In this document: positions 10,547 through 21,699 of the stretch, in pieces
Layout of the letters: every line of letters begins with the position of its first letter
Numbering within the stretch: position 1 is the first letter of the stretch
Source: Anthoceros angustus
Lineage: Eukaryota > Plantae > Anthocerotophyta
DNA: 64,000 nt
Assembly: GCA_010909165.1 (NCBI GenBank)
Contig: MU008200.1
Location: 310,001-374,000, forward strand
Direction of reading: 5' to 3'
Translations under genes and position numbers: made by a program
The notes under the pieces: generated by a model
The model's database searches: none
The model's input: only the letters and a program-made list of their open reading frames with translations
Told to the model about the DNA's origin: nothing

Positions 10547-12617
10547 TCAGCGCACCTGAGTTTGCCTTAATCCAATTAGCTCTCCACACTTCTCAAACTT
10601 GAACTTGCTCAAAGCCTTGGTCAAGAAATCTGCAGCCATATCCTCCATTTTGCAATACTCAAATGTAACCTCCAAGGATTTCACCCTTTCATGAACAAAG
10701 TGATGTTGGATATCAATATGCTTTGTCCTTGAGTGGTGCACGGGGTTCGTGATCAATGCCATGCTTCCCTGATTGTCACTTTGAAGAACAGTTGGCTGCA
10801 CTTGTTGATACCCAATTTCATCCATGAACATTCTCAACCAAATGGCTTCCTTTGTAGCTTGTGTGGATGCCATGTACTCAGCCTCCACTGTAGACATTGC
10901 AACAGTTGGTTGCTTTGAAAACTCAAGGTACATGTCATGTGTGCCTTTCAAGTACCTCATTATCCTCTTTACTGCAATCCGATGTGGCTTTCCAAGATTT
11001 TGTATATATTGGCTCACAACACCTACTAGAGCTTTCCCAAGATCTGGACGAGTTGCAACCATGGCAAACATCAAACTGCCCACTGCTTGTCTGTAAGGAT
11101 TGTTCTTCATCTCCTCTTCCTCGTGATTGCTTGCAGGACATTGGTCTTTGCTAAGCCTCATATCTAAACTGAGAGATGTTGCAATTGGCCTGCAATCAGT
11201 CATTCCAAAACGATCCAAGAGTTCCTCAATGTACTTTTGTTGTCCAAACTTGATTGTTCTCCTCACCCTGTCTCTAACCACTTGAATGCCAAGGCAATAT
11301 TTGAGCTCCCCTAAGTCCTTCATTTCAAATTGTCTTGACAACATCTCCTTTACCTCATTGATGGCATCTATAGACACGCTCAATAAAATGAGGTCATCCA
11401 CATATATGGCTAGAATAACCATAGATTGGAGAACTTTGGATGTGTAGATTCTCTCATTAGATGTGCACTGCTGATTAAGGAGGCATTGATCTTCTCATAC
11501 CAATCTCTAAACCCTTGCTGAATTCAATCCATAGAGAGCTTTCTTCAATTTGCACACCAAGCTCTCCTTGCCATTTTCGACATACCCTTCAGGTTGTTCC
11601 ATATAAATGTCCTCCTCCAAGTCTCCATTGAGAAATGTAGTATTTACATCCATTTGATGAATCTCCAAATCATCAATTGCTCCCACTTCAAGTAAAGTCT
11701 TTATTGACACAAATTTGGCCACTGGAGAAAAAGACTCATTGTAGTCAATGCCTTGTTCTTGGCTATGTCCCTTCACCACCAATCTTGCCTTATATCTCTC
11801 AATCTGACCACTAGAATCTCTTTTCATTCTAAACACCCATTTGCTCCCTATAGCATTCCTTCCTACAGGCAAGGAGGTTAATACCCAAGTGTCATTCTTC
11901 CTCAACGACTTCATCTCATCATCTATAGCTTCTTTCCATTGCTTTGCATCCTTCCCTTGTAGTGCTTCAGCTATCGTTCTTGGTTCCCTCCCGTATTCCC
12001 TAGCAATGGATGCAAACTCTGGTCCTTCTCTCCAATCTCTTGGTGGACGACGCCTGCTGTAGTGAGGGAGCAGCCACCTGCGGTGGCACCCTCGCCGGGC
12101 GGGCAGCCTCTGGCCGGGAAGGGAAGGAGAAGCGCGCCCAGCGGCGCCAGCCGCATCATCACCAGCTGGGTGGAAGGCGGATGGGCGGCGATGAGACCAC
12201 GCCCGTGGCCCCGGGCCTTGAGGGAGCTGGAAATTTCCCCCTTGTTGGATATCTCCTCGGAGGAAGAATTTCTTCTCTCAAGGGTTCTTCCTCATTGTTT
12301 TCCTCGCTAGGGATCATTTCATTCCCATCGAATGAAATCACGTCTTTTCCAATTGTTTCTTGAGGTATCACAACCTCATGAGCATCAACAATAGGAAATT
12401 TCTCGCTATCTATAGTCTCCGCCTCATCAAAAACCACATATTTACTTATGATGATGCGCCTAGATGCCTTGTCATACAATCTATAGGCCTTTCTATCAAT
12501 ATCATAGCCCACAAAAATGCACTCCAATGCTTTCCCTTCAAGCTTGCTCCTGACTTCGTTGGGTTTATGTGCAAAGGCTCTACACCCAAACACATGCAAG
12601 TGAGCAATAGAAGGCTT
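10547..12617 (-). mobile_element. Copia-1 pol 3' part: integrase C-terminus, RT and RNase H, with internal deletions
   Basis: HLHVFGCRAF, RSKLEGKALECIFVGY, KWVFRMK..YKARLVVKG, HQMDV, YVDD, STVEAEY, RTKHIDIQHHF. Confidence 0.93.
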
Positions 12618-12784
12618 TGTTGCGCAATGGCCGCATAGTTGCATGCTGGCCAGTCTAATCTGCAGGATCACTCAACTGCAGCAAGCAAAAATCAGTCCTT
12701 GGCCTTTGGCCAAAAGAACTACAAAGTTCCTGGCCTATGGCCAAGGAACAAGGGCAGAGGGAGGCATAAGTAGCCTCTGGGCCG

Positions 12785-13555
12785 CAAACAGCCCCCCTGG
12801 AAAATCTGGGGGTGAAGACCCACAGCTTTTCCACATCAAAATTGTCAGCTACAATCCAGCAGCTAAAAACACAACTGACCAAAGACCAAACCACCCTTTC
12901 TGCAGTCGCTCTACAGGTGTGAGGCTAGGGGGAGGATCTGCGTCACTCTCTAAGTCCTCATCATCCGGCTCCTCGACAAGTTCGGGCTTGATCTCCTCAG
13001 GCTTGACTCCAAGTGCAGCAAATCTGTCAAAAATTGGACTCTGTCGCTGCAAACAGCCCCCCTGGAAAATCTGGGGGTGAAGACCCACAGCTTTTCCACA
13101 TCAAAATTGTCAGCTACAATCCAGCAGCTAAAAACACAACGACCAAAGACCAAACCACCCTTTACCAGCCGCCTGCAGTGTGAGGCTAGGGGAGGATCTG
13201 CGTCACTCTCTAAGTCCTCATCATCCGGCTCCTCGACAAGTTCGGGCTTGATCTCCTCAGGCTTGACTCCAAGTGCAGCAAAATCATCAAAATTGGACTC
13301 ATGCTGCAACAGTTTCTGAAAATCTGGGGTGAAGACCCACAGCTTTCCACATCAAAATTGTCGGCTACAATCCAAAGCAGCTAAAAACACAACGACCAAA
13401 GACCAAACCACCCTTTCTCAGCCTGCAGTGTGAGGCTAGGGGAGGATCTGCGTCACTCTAAGTCCTCATCATCCGGCTCCTCGACAAGTTCGGGCTTGAT
13501 CTCCTCAGGCTTGACTCCAAGTGCAGCAAATCTGTCAAAAATTGGACTCTGTCAC
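12785..13555. repeat. ~255-bp tandem triplication at the 3' end of the extension ORF
   Basis: GVKPEEIKPELVEEPDDEDLESDADPP is encoded three times. AAATTGGACTC anchors at ~13031, 13290 and 13539. Confidence 0.9.
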
Positions 13556-16500
13556 TGCAGCCAGTCCTCCTGTTCTGGGTAGTCAAAAATAGTCTTGGGG
13601 CAACGAAATATCATGTGTGGTGGTGCAAGCTTTCGCAGCAACCGAAATGCCTTCCTGTCTGCTGAATCCCATGTTGTTTGCTCAAGGTAGGGAATCTTCA
13701 GCTTATCAGTGACACGATAGAACTGCCTGGGCCATCCCACAATAGTGTGGCCCGTCTTGAGATGATGGAAAAATAGTAACCAGTCTTTCAAGTAAACTAA
13801 CCTTTCTGGTACCCTGTCTTCCCACATAATCAGCTCCTTGGGCAGCCTCAAGCCATCGAATACTTGGTGCATGAAAAAGTGATGTTGCAACTTGTGCCAA
13901 GCACCTTCACATAGGCTGTCCATTTCCAGGGCATGGCCTGGAGTCCTCTTCTTTGCAACTCAAATAGATCACGGTGATCTGTGGGGTAGAACTCCACTCG
14001 ACACAGCTCATGATGTGTCTCTACGTACAGAAGGAATTCACCAAGCTCCCTGAAGTTCACTGGAGGGATTCCCCTCTCAAGCTGATACGCCCGCTGCAGA
14101 GGACGATCCCACTTGCATGCGCCCTCCTCATCCAGGAACTGAGGTATGGCGCGTGCTGGAGGGTGCTGCACCAGGTTGCAACACTTGCATACCTTGGGTG
14201 GCACTACCTCAAGAACAGCACCTGGACGCTGTTCCATATGTAGCTCATAACTGTTGTGCATCCTAAGAGGAAACCGACCTCGCCTCGATTCCGAGCCTGT
14301 GCCTCGGTACCGCTACTCCTCAGCCGCCACTTCACAACTGCTCCTCTGGTATGCCTGGGTTCTGGGCATTTTCCCCCCGAGTCACAGGCTTCCGCCTCCC
14401 ACGCTCAAAGTCGGTCAGCCTCCATATGCAGCTCATAACGCTGTGCATCTGTAAGAGGAAACCGACTCCCCGCTGATTCCGAGCCTCAGGCTTGATCTCC
14501 TCGGGCTTGATCTCCTCAGCCGTCACACTTCACGAATCGCAGTGCTGCTCCTGGTATGCCTGGGTTCTGGGGCATTTTCCCTGTCCCGAGCTCGCTGTGC
14601 TTCTCGCCTCCCACGCTCAAAGCTGCGCTGGTCAGCCTCCATATGCTCTTCAGCTGGCCGCTGCTTCTTGGGTCTCCCCCTCTTGCGCTTGGGGTTTTTA
14701 GGCACAACTACCGCTGCACCTTCCTCACTAATTGGCGCTAGGGCTTCTGTGGTGTGCCTCCGCTTCTGCATATGGCTGGCCAACCGGGCCATCCAGCTCA
14801 GCAAGACTCTCCACATAGTCCAGAAGAGTTAACACTTGCCTGCATTCCAGCCGAGCCCCCAGCTGAGGATGACTCTCCAGCTGGCCGCGACCCTTTGGCA
14901 TCGTGCTTTCTTCCACATTGCTTGCTTGGCCACGGAATTCCACAGAAACCGGGCAACTACCGCTGCACCTTCCTCACTAATTGGCGCTAGGGCTTCTGTG
15001 GTGTGCCTCCGCTTCTGCATATGGCTGGCCAACCGGGCCATCCAGCTCAGCAAGACTCTCCACATAGTCTGTAGAAGAGTTAACACTTGCTCTGTGACGG
15101 TCGAGCCCCCCAGCTGAGGATGACTCCTCCAGCTGCGCTGAAGCTGACCCTTTGGCATCGTGCTTTCTTCCACATTGCTTGCTTGGCGTCACGGAATTCC
15201 ACAGAGAAACTGGGCAACTACTGCAGCCACAAATTGGTAAGCGATACTTGTGAAGAGCACTCTCCTAGAATAGCAGCCTTCTCATGAGCTGCCTCGATAG
15301 TGTTCCTATCCCCGCAATAGAAATTTCGTCCAAGATACGCCTCCGCACGAATTCTTCTCTTCTGCAACTCACGCCTGCATTCCTCGCTCCAATTTGGATT
15401 CCGTCTATGTTGGGCCTCGGCAGCTACTTAACTCACCGAGAACCGCCTCAGATAGAGTTGAGCTGCTACCTTGCTTGACTCCAACCATGCTCCAATCCAG
15501 TCCCCGGCCTCTCTTCATGTACCCACTCCGACACGAGTTGAGCTAGAGTTTTACTCTCCAACTGCTCGGCATAGTACTTCTTCATCATTACTCTCAACAA
15601 CTAGAGCCACATGCAAGGCACTTGTTGAATCACAGTTGTTCACATAACCAATCCCTTCCTCGGATATCCTCTAGTGCAGGTGTGAGACTGAAAATGTGAT
15701 AGCCTCTGTTGCACCTGACACATAAGAGCATAAGCTCTTTATCCGTGGTGTGCCCACATACCTCACAGGGCAAGTCTGCTAGTGGCACCCACGTTTGAGG
15801 AACAATCCTCACATCAAGATTTGGCAAGCGATATGGAGCTAAATGTTTCATATGCTCTTGCACCTTCTGCCATCTCGTCCTTCGAGTTCCACTACTCCTT
15901 GCTCACCCACATTCACCACCCTGAGAATCAACCTACCATTGACATCTAATGTGCTGGTCGTGTTGTAGGTACACATAATCTCGTGCGAATTTCTCGGCCT
16001 TGGGCTTCCATGAGCCCCTGTGTGAGCATATCTCAAGTCTTTGTGCCGCAGTAATCGCAAGATTGTCCATAGCCATGGGCGAATCGAAACTCTAGCTTGC
16101 ACTTGCTCGTGATTTGAGCCCCCAGCTGAGGATGACTCCTCCACAAGAGCGACCGCCTTTGGTGGCTTTCTTCCACATTGCTTGCTTGGCGTCCATTCCC
16201 AGAGAAATCGGGCAACTCACGCAGCCACAAATTGGTAAGCGATACTTGTGAAGAGCACTCTCCTAGAATAGCAGCCTTCTCATGAGCTGCCTCGATAGTG
16301 TTCCTATCCCTGGCAATAAGGAATTCTGCTGTCAAGATACGCTCCGCACGAATTCTTCTCTTCTGCAACTCACGCCTGGCATTCCTGCTCCAATTTGGAT
16401 TCATGTCTGTTGGCCTGCAGCTACTTAACTCACTGAGAACTGCTCTGTATAGAGTTGAGCTGCTACCTTGCTTGGACTCCAACCATGCTCCGAATTCTCC

Positions 16501-16620
16501 AGTCCCGCTCTCTTCTTCATGTACCCACTCCGACACGAGTTGAGCTAGAGTTTTACTCTCCAACTCCTGTTCGGGTACAGAAAGTACTTCTTCATCATTA
16601 CTCTCAACAACTAGAGCCAC
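13552..16620 (-). other. Long C-terminal polyprotein extension downstream of the PHD: helical region, AT-hook (KRKRGRPKK, ~14664-14690) and unknown globular domain (13552-14261)
   Basis: In the 16621-16680 copy, WLCEHCDSTSLLAA reads in frame into ORF 16033-16620. Overlapping duplicated ORF pieces continue to 13552. Confidence 0.6.
15630..15790 (-). other. PHD finger at the integrase C-terminus (second, degenerate copy ~16640-16790)
   Basis: PCEVCGHTTDKELMLLCVRCNRGYHIFSLTPALEDIRGRDWLCEQ fits the C4HC3 PHD pattern. The terminal WxCxxC is intact in copy 2. Confidence 0.9.
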
Positions 16621-16949
16621 AGCTGCAAGCAGACTTGTTGAATCACAGTGTTCACATAACCAATCCCTTTCCAGGATATCCTCTAGTGCAGGTGTGAGGC
16701 CAGGAAAAATATGATAGCCTCATAAGAGCATAAGCTCTTCATCCGTGGTGTGCCCACATACACATGTGGCAAGTCATGGTAGTGGCACGTTTGAGGAACA
16801 ATCCTCACATCAAGATTGAGCGATATGGAGCTAAATGTTTCATATGCTCCTTGCATACGCCATCCGTCCTTGAGTTCCACTACTCCTTGCTCACCCACAT
16901 TTACCACCACGAGAATCAACCTACCGGTTGACATCTAATGTCTTTGGCT

Positions 16950-17880
16950 GTGCATGTTGTACATAATCTCAGTGCGAATTTCCGGCCTTGGGCTTCCATG
17001 AGCCCCCAGCGTGTGAGCATATCTCAAATGTCTGTTGTGCAATGCAAGATTGTCCATAGCCATGGGCGGAATCCTTGAACATTTACACTCTGGCACTTCT
17101 AAGCATGCCTCCATATTCCTACTCCAGGTGAGTAGAATATTTGTCTGCACCACATTGGGCAAAGCGCATTCCCAACAACAAAAAAGTAAGGATCAAACTT
17201 CCTCGCACACTCTATAACCCAACACAATATAGGAAGTAATTCATCCGGATGCATTTCGAGATCCTTGAATGTCTCGAACCAACCTTCTCCGCCAAACCAT
17301 CGCTTGAGGATGATCCTAGATGTCCTCCCCGTGATCAATCAAACTTCGCCCAAAGAACGCTCCGAATTCCCTTGCCTTGATCGTGAGCACCTCCGCAACT
17401 TCCACTACTACACACGCAAAGGCTCACTGGTGTAATATGAGGTTCTTGAGGCGTAAATGCTACCTCCACCCACTTGGAGAAGTGCTCAATCATCACCATA
17501 CGGATTTGATTTCCTTGCTTTGTCAATGGCCGCATCAAGTCCACCGACCACCTAAAACAAACCTCGGATTGGTAAAGAGTGTAACACAACATCTTGTGTG
17601 TTAAACTAGCCTTCACTGCATCACATGCTGCGCAACTAGCCACCACTCTTTCCACATCTGCATACATGCCGGACCAGAAATATGTGGTCTTCAACATGTG
17701 GTGTGTCCTTTTACACCAAAGTGACCTAGTGTTTCATGCACTTTAATCACAATCCCTGTCCTTTCTTCAGGACTTGGCACCTTCTTTACAACCTCTCCTT
17801 CCTGCAGCAGCAGTTCTCCATCCTGCCATGAGTATCTGGCCACTCGCCTTCGCAGTTTGGCCACGGTGACCGACATTAGG
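16950..17880 (-). mobile_element. Integrase (HHCC zinc finger plus core) of the DNMT-Gypsy
   Basis: VHETLGHFG...YFWSGMYADVERVVASCAACD, RWSVDL, MVMIEHFSKWVEV. Confidence 0.88.
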
Positions 17881-17999
17881 TAATGCGGCCTAGCAACCGC
17901 AACGCTTGTGATGCCTCAGATGTCCCCGATGACTCCAAGATCCGGCCTCCTCCTGCTCACCTTCGATCGCCATGAGTGCCATGAAACTGCTGGGCACAT

Positions 18000-19300
18000 T
18001 TTCCATGTGTCCCAAATCTTGTCGCTCGGTCATCGTCAAGATTTCTGGATTCCTACTCAAACCATCTGCATTGTGCACTATGCACGATTTCCATGTCATA
18101 TTCGAATTGCCCACCGGCCGCTTTCCCACTCAACTTCATGTTGGTCATGAGCCAATGAAGTGGTTGATGATCCGTCACCTGGAAACGCCTTCAAATAGAT
18201 AAAAAAACATCGCCCATATTGCAAAGAAGACACTCTCCTTCATATGAGGAGTAGTTTACCGCAATTGTTGGATCGGCTTGCATAAGCCACAACTCGCTCC
18301 ATTCCTTCTCGCCACGTGATGATCGCTCCTATCCTCGCAATACTCCAATCAGATACGTAATAAAACGGCTTCTCAAAGTCCGGTCTATCAAGATGGGCTT
18401 CTCGACCAATTGATCCCTTAGATCTTGGCTAGCTCTTCTTGATCCCATTTCCAAGTTACCTCCTTCTTCAAAGATCTCATACAAGGGTTTGCATGTGGGC
18501 GGGTCTTTCATAAACCTCCTGTAGTAGTCTACTAACCCTAGAAATGCTCTAAGAGCTGCCACATTCTTGGGCCTAGGCATCTGCATCACGGCCTGCACCT
18601 TAGCCAATTGCGGCATGATTCCTTCGGGTACAATCTCATGTCCAAGATACTAAATCTGCTTGAATGCAAACTTGCACTTTTTCAAATCAGCTTTCAAGCC
18701 TGATTTGGACAGTCTTTGTAGCAGAGTCTCCAGATGATCCATGTGTTCCTCGATGGTGTGGGTGAAAACCAAGATGTCATCAATGTAACAACGCAAACGG
18801 CGATCCTGCTCCAAGTCCGCAATGGAAATATATGGAAGCATTTTTCAGCCCAAGGGCATAGTCTCCCATTCCCAAAGCTGATCCTTTCCCCAAAAGCCGC
18901 TTTTGCTCTTGTCTTGCTCCTCAATCACAATCGATTGAAACTCGAAATCCAAAGTGGTAAAGTACTTTGCCTTACCAATTGCATCAAAATCTCATGGAGT
19001 AGGCATGGGATACCGCTCCATCAACGCCACTCGTGAGAGGTCGATAGTCCCCACATTCGCCTATCTTTCCACTCGCCATTTTCGTCCTTCTTCGGGAGGA
19101 GCGAAGATATTGAGCTTGATTTCGAATCAATCCCGCTCAAGCTCGACAACGCTTGTCCACAATTTCCCACTGGACTCAACCTATGCCTTCTCCTCAAGAT
19201 AGGCTCGAGCTAGTGGTAACAATCTTGAACTTGATCTTTTCGCACCTCCTAGCTCATTCCACCGAATGCAAAAGCACCTCTGTTTTCTCGAGCATGTCGA
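18000..19300 (-). mobile_element. Reverse transcriptase and RNase H of the DNMT-Gypsy
   Basis: YPMP-like motif, CYIDDILVFT, KKCKFAFKQI, LRAFLGLVDYYRRF, NADGLSR. Confidence 0.9.
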
Positions 19301-19489
19301 TGATCTTTGCTTGTCCTCCGGATCGACATCTTCATCAATCTTCCGACGTGAACCTCCTTGGTGACACTCTTGGTTACAAAACTGCTCCAAGCAGCCATGC
19401 CAAACATGTCTTGGGTTCCTTCCCTTTCATCCGCCCGCTTTTATCTTCTCGCTAGCGCAAGTGATGGCTCTTCTTCCCTTCACCTCCTG

Positions 19490-20760
19490 CCAACTGAAAT
19501 GCCAATCCAGTACTCACTAACCACCTTAAGTTGTATAGATCGAATGCCTGTCCCAGCAACTTGTGTTTGGACGCCTCACTCACACCCATGGTCTGCGTAC
19601 TCTTCTTGGCAAACCCCATGGCTTGTTCGCGTTCCTCAACATTGAGCTCTCCTAGCTCCTCTCCCTTTGAGTCTAGGATCATGCCATCTCCTCCTCGCCT
19701 GAATGCGTAGGATTGTGGCGTACTTACCAAAGTCGGCCATGCCCTCCTAGCTTCACCAACTCTGTTCACTGGATAAAACGGAAGTTTGTCCATCTTCTTG
19801 ACTTCTTTGAGTACCTTCCGTGATTTCACACGCCTTCCGTGGTGGAACCATGAGTTTTCTGTGTTGCCTCAGAGTCTCAAGTCCTGCAACATTGGTCCAA
19901 TAATTGCGAATCGTGTGCGTAAGAGCCACACCGCAAAGATCAATAACCAACTCATTGCGAACCATGATCGGACCTCCTCATACATGTTACGCCGGACGCT
20001 TGTCCAAAGCTCCACACACCCAAGATGTACCAAAGATCCGGGATTCACAAGTTGAACCTCCTCGACAACTCGAACCTCGCAGCAAGGGAAACACCTTCGC
20101 CTTTTCCTCTTCCTGCTACTGAGAAAGTTTTACATTCCCATCCTGCGATGATCATATCCATCGGACAGACAGCTTGCACTGCTTCCTTCCCACAAGCTTC
20201 GATCCGTGGTAGCTGCTCGACAACCTCTCACTGCGTCTTCTCTTAGAGATGGAAATAATTGCGAATCACATGTGCATAAGAACCGCACCATCAATAACCA
20301 ACTCATTGCGAACCATGATCGGACCTCCTCATACAATGCTCTAACGGCTGACCCTTGTCCAACGCTCCACACGTTTTCCAATGTATAGCATCTACAGGGT
20401 TCACAAGTTGAACCTCCCTGACCAGCGCAACCTCGGACAAGGAAACTTCGCCTTTTCCTCTTCTTGCTTGAGAAGGTTTTACCTCCCATCCTGCGATGAT
20501 CATATCCCTTTGGACGGGGCGGAGTTGCATTCTTTCCCGAGCTTGAGATGGGGTAGCTACTCGACAACCTCTCACTGCGTCTTCTCTTAGAGATGGAAAT
20601 AACTTGCACAACCCGAGAATTCGATTTCGCCACGACTCTAGCCTTCTCGTCCTTCTCCACATGTGTAGCCGCAAACCTTGATGCCACATTGAAGCACCGC
20701 CCAATCCACCGATTCTCGAGCACAATTCAAGTGAATTCCTTGAGCTTGCTCTCCATCGCA
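19490..20760 (-). pseudogene. DNA (cytosine-5)-methyltransferase domain (DNMT3/DRM-like) embedded in Gypsy pol
   Basis: Reconstructed across indels. Motif I ELCS(G)IG.GL, II (Y)VEKDEKAR, IV DMIIAGWECKTFSVAGRGKG (Cys codon 20132-20134), VI YTLENV (20370-20378), VIII H.IRNYWTN (~19891-19920), IX-X LNVEEREQAMGF...VSEASKHKLLGQAFDLYNLRWL. Confidence 0.88.
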
Positions 20761-21129
20761 CTACAATCATTGATTCGCCTTCCCTCCGCCTTGGCGGGCT
20801 TCATGTTTGTATGGATCTCTCGGACATGTGTCTGAGATTCCACAGGCGATTCTCCTTTCGCTGATTTTCTCGAACCCTTGCCTCCTCAAGGTGCTCGAGG
20901 CAATCTTCAGCACTCCCTTCCGCCTCTGGTTTCGTGCTTCCCGAGAGGACAACTCCTCTGTCTCCTCCCACATCTCGTGCCTGTGCTCAATTTGAGCCTT
21001 TGGAAGCCATCTATCTCCATCGCTTGCCGCTCCTTCACCTATCGCTCCTTCTGCCACTTTTGCTCATGTTCAGAGGAATAGTCGCAATTCGCGAGAAATC
21101 CCCTTGCTTCCACAGTGGTCGATAGAAGG

Positions 21130-21450
21130 CTTCTTCATATATTGGATCAACTCCCATGGCAGGACCATGTGTAGCATCCGCCCCTAACAACACATCATAG
21201 GACGTGGCACGTCACCAATCGACCTCCATTGTGGTTGCATCCTCTCGGCTGGCTTCAACTCGATCTTGATCGGTTGGTCATCCCATCACCATTTCCTTCG
21301 CTCGCGAAGTAGTGATGCTCATCGCTTGGTACCAGCTTGTCGCCATATAGCTTGAGAGCAGCTGCACGAGCTCCCAACAATCGGATCTGCTCCGATCCAC
21401 CAAAGACATTGATCGCAAATCCAAAGGTAATCTCGGTTTTGTCAATCATG
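21130..21450 (-). mobile_element. Aspartic protease of the DNMT-Gypsy
   Basis: Frameshifted SLVD(S)GAD at ~21385-21405 and C-terminal SYDVLLGAD at ~21175-21203. Confidence 0.7.
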
Positions 21451-21699
21451 GCAACACCTCCTTTACCTCAACGTTCAGGCTTTAGATGGTCTCCTCGCAG
21501 GCACATCAGGCTACGAACTGGACTCTTTCCTGATCCATTCTCTCATGATCTTCTTGAAATGTGAACTCTTGAGTCCAAGCTCCAGCAAATTGACCACAGG
21601 AACTTCCATGGCCTTCTCCAACAGTGCTTCCACATCCACCTCCGGGTTAGAAGCAGCCTATACAATAGTACCATCATCAACTTGCCTAAAACTTTCAGG

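Noticed and set aside
19490-20760. Host DRM/DNMT3 gene or bacterial contamination
   Set aside because: No introns and no UBA or other host domains, motif order is not permuted as in DRM, and it is collinear between PR and RT in a plant TE nest. Final exclusion needs sibling copies.
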